Below are positions 48,879 to 58,807 of a stretch of 64,000 nt of DNA, piece after piece (the stretch's first letter is position 1; each line of letters starts with the position of its first letter). This DNA comes from Candidatus Obscuribacteraceae bacterium (GTDB lineage Bacteria > Cyanobacteriota > Vampirovibrionia > Obscuribacterales > Obscuribacteraceae): assembly GCA_044229845.1 (NCBI GenBank), contig JBGASG010000004.1:160001-224000 (forward strand), in the 5' to 3' direction. The position numbers and the translations under genes were made by a program. The notes below the pieces were generated by a model. That model had not been told where the DNA came from. It ran no database searches and saw nothing but the letters and a program-made list of their open reading frames with translations.

Positions 48879-50855
48879 CTACGCGAACGATGGCGACCAG
48901 CCACCTTGCGGCGGTCGATCTTTGTCGTCTTTCTCGTCGGTTTTGGTTTGAATCACAGCACCGCCGTCCAGCGCCATCTCGGGCGGTGGCGTCAGTTCGT
49001 CATCGTCGTCTTTGTTAGTTTCTTCCACGATGCCCAACTGGCGATTGACGTCAGCGAGAATCGCATCGAACTCGGCGGCATCGAGAGTTTCTTTCTCAAG
49101 CAGCACTTTGACGATGGCGTCCATGTGCGGACGGTGTTTCTTCATCAGTTCGGTGACGCGGTTGTACTGACTGCGAATCATGCCCGAGACTTCTTCGTCG
49201 ATGAGGGCCGCAATGCCTTCGCCGTAGTCGCGCTCGTGACCGAAGTCGCGTCCGAGGAATACATGATCGTTGCGCTTGCCGAAAGTCATCGGTCCGAGCT
49301 TGTCGCTCATACCAAATTCGGTGACCATGCGGCGCGCCAGTTTGGTGGCTTTCTCCAGGTCGTCCTGGGCACCGGTGGTGATTTCGCTGAAGACGATTTC
49401 TTCCGCGATGCGCCCGCCGAGGCTGACACCAATCTGATCAATCAGTTGCGAACGCGTGTGGCTCAAGATGTCTTCTTCCGGGAAGAACATCGTCAGACCC
49501 AGCGCGAAACCACGCGGAATGATCGTCACTTTGTGCAGCGGATGCGCATGCTTGAGCAACTTGCACATGATGGCGTGACCGACTTCGTGATACGCGGTCA
49601 GCTCTTTCTCCTTAGGAGAAATGATGCGCGTCTTCTTCTCCGGTCCGGCGATTACTTTATCAATCGCGGCTTCCAGATCTTTCATTTCGATCTCGCGCTT
49701 GTCTTTGCGAGCCGCAATCAGCGCTGCTTCGTTGATCAAGTTGGACAGATCGGCGCCGGTAAATCCGGGTGTGCGACGAGCCAATATTTTGATCTCGACG
49801 TCCTTGGCCAGCGGTTTGCCACGCGAGTGCACGGAGAGAATTTGTTCGCGACCGAGCACGTCGGGACGATCTAGAACGACCTGACGGTCGAAGCGGCCCG
49901 GACGCAGCAGTGCTGAGTCGAGAATGTCGGGACGGTTGGTGGCGGCTACGACAATGATGCCGGTAGTGCCTTCGAATCCATCCATTTCCACCAGCAACTG
50001 GTTGAGAGTTTGTTCGCGCTCGTCATGACCGCCGCCCAGTCCGGCGCCACGCTGGCGGCCGACCGCGTCGATTTCGTCGACGAACACGATACAGGGTGCA
50101 TGTTTTTTCGCTTGATCGAACAGGTCGCGGACGCGCGATGCGCCGACGCCTACGAACATCTCAACGAAGTCGGAGCCGGAGATGCTGAAGAAAGGCACGC
50201 CGGCTTCACCTGCTACTGCTTTAGCAAGCAGAGTCTTACCGGTACCTGGTGCGCCGACCAGCAGCACTCCGCGAGGAATGCGGGCGCCCAGCGCCTGGAA
50301 TTTTTCCGGGCTTTTGAGAAAGTCGACGATCTCTTGCAGTTCTTGCTTGGCTTCGTCGATTCCAGCGACATCAGCAAATGTCACTTTGACTTTGCTGTCG
50401 AGCATCAGCTTGGCACGGCTGCGTCCGAAGCTCATCGCCTGGTTGCCACCAGCTTGCGCGTTGCGGAACATGAACAGAAATCCGACGAGCAACAAGATCG
50501 GCAGGAAGAACGAACTCAACATGCTGAACCAGAAACTCGACTTGTCCGGATCTTTCACATCAAAGGGAATCTTGTTGTCGGTCAGCAATTTGAGCATCGA
50601 CTCTTTTGCTTCAGCCGGAACAATCACCGCCTTCTCGCGCTCGGCGCCGGGCAGTTTCACCTGAATGACGTTGTCACCATTGGTGATCGAAACTTTGTCG
50701 ATTTCCTTATTGGCATCACCCTTGAGCAGCATCGCTTGCAGCTGCGAATAGGTGAGGGGCTCTTCTTTGCGCGTGATGCTGGTCAGCGTGAAAACGAAGA
50801 AAACCAACACCAATAGTAAGAAGAAAACGGCGCCTGTCGTCCCGTACTTCCTCAT
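48879..50855 (-). CDS. ftsH: ATP-dependent zinc metalloprotease FtsH
   Basis: Two TMs, [28 protein letters not shown]. Confidence 0.96.
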   Translation of the reverse strand: MRKYGTTGAVFFLLLVLVFFVFTLTSITRKEEPLTYSQLQAMLLKGDANKEIDKVSITNGDNVIQVKLPGAEREKAVIVPAEAKESMLKLLTDNKIPFDVKDPDKSSFWFSMLSSFFLPILLLVGFLFMFRNAQAGGNQAMSFGRSRAKLMLDSKVKVTFADVAGIDEAKQELQEIVDFLKSPEKFQALGARIPRGVLLVGAPGTGKTLLAKAVAGEAGVPFFSISGSDFVEMFVGVGASRVRDLFDQAKKHAPCIVFVDEIDAVGRQRGAGLGGGHDEREQTLNQLLVEMDGFEGTTGIIVVAATNRPDILDSALLRPGRFDRQVVLDRPDVLGREQILSVHSRGKPLAKDVEIKILARRTPGFTGADLSNLINEAALIAARKDKREIEMKDLEAAIDKVIAGPEKKTRIISPKEKELTAYHEVGHAIMCKLLKHAHPLHKVTIIPRGFALGLTMFFPEEDILSHTRSQLIDQIGVSLGGRIAEEIVFSEITTGAQDDLEKATKLARRMVTEFGMSDKLGPMTFGKRNDHVFLGRDFGHERDYGEGIAALIDEEVSGMIRSQYNRVTELMKKHRPHMDAIVKVLLEKETLDAAEFDAILADVNRQLGIVEETNKDDDDELTPPPEMALDGGAVIQTKTDEKDDKDRPPQGGWSPSFA

Positions 50856-50997
50856 TTCAATCTCCAAATAACCGTGCCAATAAGTATCTTAGAATTATAA
50901 CATGGTGAAAACGCATACTAAGGATGAGCCAGAAGCAAGCCCCATGAGCTTTTCAGGGCTTGGTCGCATTCACCGCCCGCGGGCTGAGACCTAAGCC

Positions 50998-52437
50998 TCA
51001 TGAGAGTTTCACGTCGTCGGCGGCGATTTTCATCAACCTCAGCACATGCGTTGGACGTGAATGAACTCGTAATCTATCGCTCAGTCCGACGCCGGGCACC
51101 CACAGCACTTCCTGCTCATTTGCCAGGACAATCAGGTTACCTCCCGCTGACCATGCGGCATTCGACCGTTCGTGCGTGTGCAGAAACTTTTTCAGGCGCA
51201 CGCACTCCTGCATCCCGAAGGGCTTCATGACATCTCCGTCGCGCCGCACACGAAATGCCAAATGGTCGTCACATTCCGAAAGATCCACCAGCGCTTCCCA
51301 TGAGTTACTTTGTGGATACCTCAATTCGGCATCCGGTCCAGCAAACTCTTCGATGCGCAATGCAAATCCCAGATCGAGCGCCATGGTTTGACCGGGCACG
51401 CGAACTTTGTGGGCAACATGCGACTCATCGCGGTGCGTGTCACCAATCGACTTGTCCAGAAAAACCAGTTGTCCGTCTTTGATCACAGCATCCCACCGTT
51501 CACTAAGCGATACCGATCCATAACCGTCATTCAAGCATCCTAACAAAGTTTCGACGCGCTCATAGTTGACTTCAATGTCGCGTTCTCGCAAGACGCGCAC
51601 GAGCACCCGCCGAGCCAGCGCTGGATTCGGCTTTAATTGCTCGAACAGCTCTGCTTCCGCGGGAGCATTTCCGCCCCGCTCCATCATTTTCCATCCGTGC
51701 ATCGTGGCAGTGGCGAGATGCTCCATGAACGTATCTTCGATTTGCAGGGTCGAGCGCAGTTGGTCCATGCGTTCGACAAACCCGGGAAAGCGGCTCTCAA
51801 TGCGGGGCACCAGTTCGTTGCGAATATAGTTTCTTGCATAGTCATTGCTCAGATTCGACGCGTCGGTGCGTGCCACCACATCGTTCTCCTGAAGGAAACT
51901 TTCAATGTCGCTGCGCCGCACGGTAAGCAAGGGACGCACGATCGCCATGCCGCTGTGCGACGAGCGTCTCGCTGGAATGCCCGTCAGACCGGCGACGGCT
52001 GTGCCGCGAAACAAGCGAAACAACATGGTTTCGATTTGATCATCGAGAGTGTGCGCCATCAGGATTGCATCCGCTCCATGCGCCATGGCAGTCGCTTCCA
52101 GAAAGTCATACCGCAGTGTTCGCAACGTCTTCTCAGACGCATCGGCGGGCTCGATTCTCTTCACTATCAATGGAATTGCCTGCGCTTCACAGACGGCTCG
52201 GCAGAAATCTTCGTCGGCGTCGGAATCGGCACCGCGCAAACCGTAATTGACATGCCCGGCTAGAAGTTCACAGCCGAGTTCGTTTGCCCGAACCAACTGC
52301 GCCGCCAGAAGCAGCAATGCCGTCGAATCCGGACCGCCCGAAAATGCCAGCACGAACTTGCCGGGACGGTCTTTCCGCGGCACGAGCGACGTCAGGCAAT
52401 CGCGAACCGTGTCTTTGAGGCTGAGGACGCTTTTCAT
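50998..52437 (-). CDS. tilS: tRNA(Ile)-lysidine synthetase
   Basis: SGGPDS, AHTLDDQIET.L.RL.RG, RPLL, RNYIR; canonical position upstream of ftsH. Confidence 0.9.
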   Translation of the reverse strand: MKSVLSLKDTVRDCLTSLVPRKDRPGKFVLAFSGGPDSTALLLLAAQLVRANELGCELLAGHVNYGLRGADSDADEDFCRAVCEAQAIPLIVKRIEPADASEKTLRTLRYDFLEATAMAHGADAILMAHTLDDQIETMLFRLFRGTAVAGLTGIPARRSSHSGMAIVRPLLTVRRSDIESFLQENDVVARTDASNLSNDYARNYIRNELVPRIESRFPGFVERMDQLRSTLQIEDTFMEHLATATMHGWKMMERGGNAPAEAELFEQLKPNPALARRVLVRVLRERDIEVNYERVETLLGCLNDGYGSVSLSERWDAVIKDGQLVFLDKSIGDTHRDESHVAHKVRVPGQTMALDLGFALRIEEFAGPDAELRYPQSNSWEALVDLSECDDHLAFRVRRDGDVMKPFGMQECVRLKKFLHTHERSNAAWSAGGNLIVLANEQEVLWVPGVGLSDRLRVHSRPTHVLRLMKIAADDVKLS

Positions 52438-52514
52438 AGCGCTAATTCTACGGGTTGCCCGGCGCCTTTGCAGGGTTTCAGCGCACACAGGCGGCTTCGC
52501 GCTAAACTGGAGAA

Positions 52515-53318
52515 ATGCTGAAACAACATGCCGCCATTTTTGCCACGTTGTCATTAACCTTCTTTATGTCGTTGCCGGTCATGGCAGACGACGAGCCGGC
52601 ACCCTTGCAAGGGCAGGTTGAGGAAACCGGCATCGCGCCGGTCACTGCGCCTCCGCAGACCTTAAGCGAACCGATTCCGGTGCCGGTCACCGCCACTCCA
52701 GACCTGCAGTCGCAACCGGCCCAGTCCGATTCCAGCATGCTGCAAGGCAGCGCCGAGCAAAACGACCTGGCAGGCAGCGCCGAACAAGGTGGATTGCAAA
52801 AGCAAATGCCGCGCGGCGACAAGCAGCCGACACTGAGGGGATTCGCCTCCACCGAGACCGGCGGTCTATCAAACGATGACCCCGATGTCGAAGATCAGGA
52901 GATGCAAGTCGAATGGGACAAGTGGCGCAACCGCTTCTTGCGCACGGTGCTGATGAGCGTCAACGAGAAGATAAACAATCCAGATCCGGAAGAATATGTG
53001 CGTCCGCGCATCGATCCGCGCACAGGCGTGCTGATGCCTCGTTATCCACTGGGCACGATTGCCTGGTTCACAGTACAGGTCACCAGGGATGGTGCCATCA
53101 AGAATCTGTCGATTATAGAAACATCTGGTCATCCTTCTTATGACCGAGCGGTGATGAAAGCGATCAAAGAGCTGGAATTCTCCTCCTTGTTGCGCTACCC
53201 GAAAGGTTCAAGGCGTGTCCTCGTCCAGCAAGAAGGCGGCATCAAAACCGCGACTCAAGGTGGTTACACCGACCAGAAATTCGGCGACGTGGAGAAGTAC
53301 AGAGAGCCGGCCTGGTAA
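52515..53318 (+). CDS. Secreted protein with a TonB C-terminal-like domain
   Basis: Signal peptide; VTRDGAI..L.I..TSG...YDRAVM.AI. Confidence 0.65.
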   Translation: MLKQHAAIFATLSLTFFMSLPVMADDEPAPLQGQVEETGIAPVTAPPQTLSEPIPVPVTATPDLQSQPAQSDSSMLQGSAEQNDLAGSAEQGGLQKQMPRGDKQPTLRGFASTETGGLSNDDPDVEDQEMQVEWDKWRNRFLRTVLMSVNEKINNPDPEEYVRPRIDPRTGVLMPRYPLGTIAWFTVQVTRDGAIKNLSIIETSGHPSYDRAVMKAIKELEFSSLLRYPKGSRRVLVQQEGGIKTATQGGYTDQKFGDVEKYREPAW

Positions 53319-53374
53319 ACAGACCGACTCCCTATATCTAAATGCTTCCGTTGTGGCTTTTCGCGGTGCGCTGG

Positions 53375-54076
53375 TTAGCGACGCTTGCTTTTCGCCTTGC
53401 CGCCCGGTTTTTTGGCGGCAGACTTTTTGCTGGTGGCTTTTTTAGCCGTCGACTTTTTAGCGGTCGACTTCTTCGCGGCAGTTTTCTTGGCACCAGCCTT
53501 TTTGGCGCCCGCTTTTTTGGCGGTCGACTTTTTGGCGGTCGTTTTTTTCGCGCCCGGCTTGGCTTTGGTTGTCGCCTTGCGCTGGGCGGCTTTGCCGGCT
53601 TTCTTCACAGTGCGCTTGCCTTTGGCAGCTTTCTTGCCGGCGGCAACGGCCAGATTGGCTCTCTTGATTAGCGGAATCGCTTTGTCGGCATCACGCTCAC
53701 TGTCAAAGCCCATGATGCTGACATACTTTTTGCCGGCCACCAGTGTCATCACGAAGCAGATGTTGATGCCGGCTTCAGCCAGCGCTTGCGAGATGCGGGC
53801 GCCGATGCCCGGACGATCGTCACCGGAGACGAGCAAGCAGCTCACATCGCCAAACGGCATCAGTCCACCCTTGCGGGCGGCATCTTCGGCTTTCTTGCCT
53901 TCCACCGGAAATACTTCTACGGCAGCGTGATCGTCGTCGCCTGGAAATCTATAGCCCATGACGGTGGTCAGATTTACTCCAGCCGCTGCCAGCGGCTGCA
54001 ATGCCTTCGACAAGGTGCCCGGACGATTGTCCAGTTCTTTGCGCCACAATCTAGCTTTCTTGACGGTAACAGCCAT
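53375..54076 (-). CDS. Tandem ACT-domain protein with a histone-H1-like Lys/Ala C-terminal tail
   Basis: DNRPGTL..AL..LA.AGVN and DDRPGIG..IS..LA.AGIN; AKK(S/T/A)x pentapeptide repeats; GGAGGGG RBS. Confidence 0.8.
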   Translation of the reverse strand: MAVTVKKARLWRKELDNRPGTLSKALQPLAAAGVNLTTVMGYRFPGDDDHAAVEVFPVEGKKAEDAARKGGLMPFGDVSCLLVSGDDRPGIGARISQALAEAGINICFVMTLVAGKKYVSIMGFDSERDADKAIPLIKRANLAVAAGKKAAKGKRTVKKAGKAAQRKATTKAKPGAKKTTAKKSTAKKAGAKKAGAKKTAAKKSTAKKSTAKKATSKKSAAKKPGGKAKSKRR

Positions 54077-54280
54077 TATTCCCCCTCCCAATATTGAGGC
54101 GGACAATATTAGCAAATTAGCCTGCTGAATTGTGAAATTGTTTCGCGCACCATATTTGGTGGCACCGCGTCCACCCCGGCGCCCTGCCGATCTGCGGTTA
54201 GGAAGAAACAGTACCGAGCCCGTGGCGCCACTCAACTAAAAACGCCGACAGCACGAAAGTGCCGCCGACGTCTTAAAATT

Positions 54281-54353
54281 TACCCCCAGGGGAATTCGAA
54301 TCCCCGTTACCTCCGTGAAAGGGAGGTGTCCTAGGCCTCTAGACGATGGGGGC
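54281..54353 (-). tRNA. trnE: tRNA-Glu (TTC)
   Basis: GCCCCCATCGTCTAGAGGCCTAGGACACCTCCCTTTCACGGAGGTAACGGGGATTCGAATTCCCCTGGGGGTA. Confidence 0.96.
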
Positions 54354-54476
54354 ATCGCTTACTTGAGTACCGCAGACTTAGGAGAATAACAAACACAAAT
54401 CATGAGTGTCAACTTGCACCCCGTTGCAACCGCCAATTCGTAGTAATATGAAAAATTCCAGGCGCAAAGACGACAC

Positions 54477-55415
54477 ATGACTGAACTGTACAAAACGTTT
54501 AATGCCTTCCTGCGCGAGCGTTTCGGCACGCGTGTCTTCCGCGTGCCGCTGGATGCCGGCTTCGACTGCCCGAATCGGGACGGCACACGGGCGTTCGGAG
54601 GTTGCACCTTTTGCGATGAGCGCGGCTCCGGTGCGCCGACCATCAAGACCGGACTCGACGTTCGCAAACAGCTGGACGCCGGCATCAATCGGGTAGCACG
54701 CCGTTACAAAGCCACTAAGTTTCTGGCTTACTTTCAAGCTTTTACCAATACCTATGCGCCTGAAGGCGCCCTCAAGATGCTTTACGATGCCGGTTTATCT
54801 CATCCCGACGTAGTCGGGCTCTGCATCGGCACACGACCGGACTGCGTGCCCGACAACGTCCTCGACCTGTTGTCCGACTACAGTGAGAAAACTTTCGTCT
54901 GGCTGGAAATCGGGTTGCAATCAGCATTTGATCGAACCCTCGACCTGATCAACAGAGCTCACACGGCGGGCGAGTTTTTCGACGCAGTGAAACGCTCTAA
55001 ACAACGCGGGCTGTTGGTTGCCACGCACTTGATATTTGGTTTGCCCGGCGAGAGCCGCGAAGAAATGCTGGAAACCGTCAGACAAGTGGCTTTGTCAGGA
55101 GTGGACGGCGTCAAGATTCACCAGTTATGCATCTATAAAGGAACGCCCATGGAGGCCGACTACCGAAGCGGGCAACTGGCGACTCTAGAAGAAGACGATT
55201 ACATACAGCTGGTTTGCGATGCGCTGGAGATGCTGCCGCCCGACATGGTTATCATGCGCCTGGTGGCGGAAGGCAGCCAGGAAGAAATTATCGCCCCCAG
55301 CTGGTCTTTCGAGAAATTCCGCATCATGGAAAAGATCGATGCCGAACTGCACCGCCGCGGCACCAAACAGGGCAGCCGGTGCACCGCACCACAGGCAGTG
55401 GCAGCCACTCAGTAG
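54477..55415 (+). CDS. TIGR01212-family radical SAM protein (YhcC/YtqA-like)
   Basis: GFDCPNRDG...GGCTFC, YFQAFTNTY, GTRPDC, H.IFGLPGE, GVKIHQL. Confidence 0.9.
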   Translation: MTELYKTFNAFLRERFGTRVFRVPLDAGFDCPNRDGTRAFGGCTFCDERGSGAPTIKTGLDVRKQLDAGINRVARRYKATKFLAYFQAFTNTYAPEGALKMLYDAGLSHPDVVGLCIGTRPDCVPDNVLDLLSDYSEKTFVWLEIGLQSAFDRTLDLINRAHTAGEFFDAVKRSKQRGLLVATHLIFGLPGESREEMLETVRQVALSGVDGVKIHQLCIYKGTPMEADYRSGQLATLEEDDYIQLVCDALEMLPPDMVIMRLVAEGSQEEIIAPSWSFEKFRIMEKIDAELHRRGTKQGSRCTAPQAVAATQ

Positions 55416-55430
55416 CCGCAGGCGCGCCGA

Positions 55431-56489
55431 CTAAAACGGCGACGAACCGATATGCAAAGCCGCATAGAGGTTCTTGATGCTCTGCTCCAGGGCTGAACGC
55501 TGCCTGGTGGCAGCGTACTGCTCCATGGCAACAAAGTACTTCTTGTATTGATTGATATCATAGCCCTTCATCTTCAAGACGAAGAGTTGGTGGGCAATGG
55601 CGCCGCGCTGCTGGCGGTAGGGTCCCTCCGCCGGATAACACCACGGATGGCTGACACGAAAGTCCTGCGCCCCGTACATCATGCCGGTGAACAGCTCTTC
55701 CAGCGAATTGGGTGTGCTGCCGGCGTGTCCCGGCGTACCACCGCCCGTGACACCGGCATGCGTGAGAACATTGTGCACCGCGGCCGGCAGAGCCGCAGCC
55801 GTCGCCACTTCCTGAGCGGCGACGTTGCGTTCGAGAGCTTCGTAGGCGGCTTTCAAATTTTCCTCGTCGTTGGCTTGCGCCATCTGCTCCAGCGCAGCAA
55901 ATCGATCCTTGAAGATACGCACTCCGACGCCTTTTGCTTGCAGTGCCTCAATGCGGGCAATCAAGTCGGCGCGCTCATCGAAAAGCGGTCCGGACACCAC
56001 CGCCACAGCGGCGCCGACGCCAGCCGGTGGTGCGGCAGGAGCGCCGCTTGCGGGAGTCGATGGTGCGGCCGCCGTGGCACCTTCAGTGGTGCGCAGCGAC
56101 GTCAGCAGATCGTCGGACGAGACCATGCCGCTTCCGAAGGCTTTTACCTCGGCAGACGTGACGTATACCTCGACGTAATGCCGCGGCTGTCGATCGTCGA
56201 AAAAGCGCATGGTGACAGCCAGGACGCTCGGCTCGACATCAAGCAGCGATTTAGCGGCCATCAAAGCTTCAATCTTCAAGTCTTTGTCGGTGGCGCCCTT
56301 GGCGCGCACCAGAGAGATGGAGACTTGCTCGCCGCTGGTCTGAACGTTCATTTTGCGGCCGTTGGCGAACGGTTTCAGCTTGCTGAGGGTATTGACCACT
56401 TTCTGCTCACTGAGAGCCGCGAATGCCCGTCCACCGCTTGTATTCAGCAGAATCGGCAGCATCACTAAAGCCAGCAGTCTTCTCTTCAT
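55431..56489 (-). CDS. Secreted hypothetical protein, paralogue of the adjacent gene
   Basis: Signal peptide; shares KDLKIEA, VTMRF, K.FGSG and GP...ER..L.ARI..L.A.GVG with 56500-57660. Confidence 0.75.
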   Translation of the reverse strand: MKRRLLALVMLPILLNTSGGRAFAALSEQKVVNTLSKLKPFANGRKMNVQTSGEQVSISLVRAKGATDKDLKIEALMAAKSLLDVEPSVLAVTMRFFDDRQPRHYVEVYVTSAEVKAFGSGMVSSDDLLTSLRTTEGATAAAPSTPASGAPAAPPAGVGAAVAVVSGPLFDERADLIARIEALQAKGVGVRIFKDRFAALEQMAQANDEENLKAAYEALERNVAAQEVATAAALPAAVHNVLTHAGVTGGGTPGHAGSTPNSLEELFTGMMYGAQDFRVSHPWCYPAEGPYRQQRGAIAHQLFVLKMKGYDINQYKKYFVAMEQYAATRQRSALEQSIKNLYAALHIGSSPF

Positions 56490-56499
56490 TTGAGCTGTA

Positions 56500-57660
56500 C
56501 TACTTGGGAATGTACGGCGGATCCGGTTTGATGTACCACCAGAAGTTTTTCAAGGACTGCTCGGCACGCGCCTGTTGTCCCAGCGCCGCACTTTCTTCCA
56601 TTTCTCTGAACAGACCCGCATATTTCTCGACCGGGTATCCACGGATCTTCAGAACGTACAGTCGCTCGGCGATCATGAAGCGATCGCTGGCGAGAAGCCC
56701 ATCCGGACTGGGAGTAAACCAGCCATATCGGGAGCGGGCCATGAGACTGAGGCCCGATACCGCCTCGGGCGGAGCCGCCACAATCGACGTCGGCGAACGA
56801 GGACCGCTATGCGGACCGCCACCGGGGCCGGTTGCAGTCGGGGCGGGCGAGGCGAGATTCCCGCTGGTGGCGGAGCTTTGCGCTGCCCGCTGCTTGTTTC
56901 GTTGATCGAGCGCCGACTCCTGCTGAGCAATGCTGCGGGTCAGGGACTGAATGGACATATCAAGCTGCGGCACCTGGTCGGCAGACGCCAGGTTTTCCAG
57001 CTGGTGAAAAGCGTTTATGAAGTTGGCGGTACCCACGCCTTGCGCCTCCAGCATCTTGATGCGGGCGTAAAGGGCTTGCCGCTCGGGTTTCTTTGGACCT
57101 TCCACCACCAGCATGCCTGGTGGTGTTTCCTCGCGAGTCGAGTCTTTGCTGCCACCGGGTTGAGCCTCAGTGACACCGGTGGTGATCGAATTGTTAGTAG
57201 CAGTGGCGGGTGGGGCAGCATCGGTGTTGCCCTCGGCGAAATTCAGACGGGCGAGAAACTCATCCGGCGTCACCGAGCCCGAGCCGAAAGTCTTGATCTC
57301 GGCGGCAGTGACGGTAATTTGGGCGTATTTCTTCGGCTGCAACGGCTCATAAAAACGCATAGTAACGCGCCTGATACCGCTGTCAGCTTCCATGAGAGCT
57401 TTGGCGCACATGACCGCCTCGATCTTCAAATCTTTCTGATTGTCGGACTTGTTACGGAATGACGACAGGGAGACCTCATCACCGCCGACTGCGGCGCTGA
57501 TCCGGGCATTCTGCGCCAGTGCTTGCGACTTCTGCACGATCTCGACCACCCGCTGGGAGGTCAATGCGGTAGCCGCAGCCGGCAAGGCACTCAGGATCGA
57601 GACGTTCGCCGCCAGAGATATGGATAGGACTGGAAAAAGTCGCGACAGAAACGATGTCAT
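56500..57660 (-). CDS. Secreted hypothetical protein, paralogue of the adjacent gene
   Basis: Same motifs as 55431-56489; GGAGGGG RBS before the ATG at 57660. Confidence 0.75.
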   Translation of the reverse strand: MTSFLSRLFPVLSISLAANVSILSALPAAATALTSQRVVEIVQKSQALAQNARISAAVGGDEVSLSSFRNKSDNQKDLKIEAVMCAKALMEADSGIRRVTMRFYEPLQPKKYAQITVTAAEIKTFGSGSVTPDEFLARLNFAEGNTDAAPPATATNNSITTGVTEAQPGGSKDSTREETPPGMLVVEGPKKPERQALYARIKMLEAQGVGTANFINAFHQLENLASADQVPQLDMSIQSLTRSIAQQESALDQRNKQRAAQSSATSGNLASPAPTATGPGGGPHSGPRSPTSIVAAPPEAVSGLSLMARSRYGWFTPSPDGLLASDRFMIAERLYVLKIRGYPVEKYAGLFREMEESAALGQQARAEQSLKNFWWYIKPDPPYIPK

Positions 57661-57709
57661 AAACCCCTCCGGCATTATTCTACATACCTCGCCGGAGGTG
57701 AAATTCCCT

Positions 57710-58666
57710 TCAACGCAGCAGCAAAGCAGCGCCAATCAGTCCGGCGAAATCGCCAAGTTCTGCCTTCACGACAGTCGTTTTGCGCTGCGCAATGCGCAGG
57801 GCGCGGACCTTAGCTTCGCGCGCGGCTGTCTGGTAATAACTGTCGACCGCCTCCACGAGCCCTCCGCCCAGGATAATGCGTTCGGGATTGAAGAAATTCA
57901 TCACGGTTGCCAGCCCCCAGCCCATGGCTTGCGCGGCGTCATTCACGGCCCGCGTCACCAACTCATCCCCGGCGTCCAGGGCCGTAGCGATGGCTTTCGA
58001 GCGCAAGATTCCCTTGGTCATATCAATCTTGTCGCGCACCAGTGAATCTTGTCCGCGCTGAATCTCCTGAACGATCACTTTCGCCAGCGCCGTGCGCGAT
58101 GCATATGCTTCCAGGCAGCCCTGACCGCCGCAGCCGCAGGCCCGCCCGCCAGGATAGAGCGGGATGTGCCCGATTTCGCCGGCCGTGCCGCTGGCGCCGT
58201 ACACCTGCTTGCCACCATATACGATACCAGATCCGATGCCGGTGCCGACAAAGATGCAGACAAAACTCTGACAGCCACGCCCGGCTCCGAAGTGCATCTC
58301 GCCCAGAGTAGCCACTTCCACGTCGTTACCCAGCTTGGCGGGCAACTGGTAGGCGTCCGAGATGGGATCGGTAAGCGGCAACTCTTGCAGCCCCAGATTG
58401 ACTGCGTTCAGCAGGATGCCCTTCTGGCGATTGACCATGCCGGCGGCGCCGATGCCGATACCCTCAAGTTTTTTCGCCTCCACACCCGCCTCGGCGAGCG
58501 CTTCGTCGACGACAGAACTGATGCGCTTAATCAGCTCGTCCTGTTCGTTTGGCTGGCGAGTTTTCTTCTTGCTCGTCCCGATTAGACGACCGGATTCCAA
58601 ATTGACAACGCCGGCTATGATTTTAGTGCCGCCGAAATCGATGCCCACCGCCAGACGATCTGCCAT
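57710..58666 (-). CDS. ROK-family sugar kinase (glucokinase-like)
   Basis: GIDFGGTK, GTGIGSG, GEIGH, CGCG..GCLE. Confidence 0.9.
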   Translation of the reverse strand: MADRLAVGIDFGGTKIIAGVVNLESGRLIGTSKKKTRQPNEQDELIKRISSVVDEALAEAGVEAKKLEGIGIGAAGMVNRQKGILLNAVNLGLQELPLTDPISDAYQLPAKLGNDVEVATLGEMHFGAGRGCQSFVCIFVGTGIGSGIVYGGKQVYGASGTAGEIGHIPLYPGGRACGCGGQGCLEAYASRTALAKVIVQEIQRGQDSLVRDKIDMTKGILRSKAIATALDAGDELVTRAVNDAAQAMGWGLATVMNFFNPERIILGGGLVEAVDSYYQTAAREAKVRALRIAQRKTTVVKAELGDFAGLIGAALLLR

Positions 58667-58807
58667 GAATGAAACCTGTACCTTGCACACTGGTGAAGGC
58701 TTCTATTTTAAAGAACATTGCCCGCAGAAGATCAGATGACAACCAGAGCGCCGACGGCAAACTCTGCGCACCACGGGCGATATCAAGCTCAGGTCAGGCA
58801 AGAAACT

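Noticed and set aside
53385..53600. 15-nt periodic repeats (GTCGACTTTTT..) that could suggest a CRISPR array or VNTR
   Set aside because: They encode the AKKxx pentapeptide tail of the minus-strand ACT protein; no unique spacers and no cas genes.
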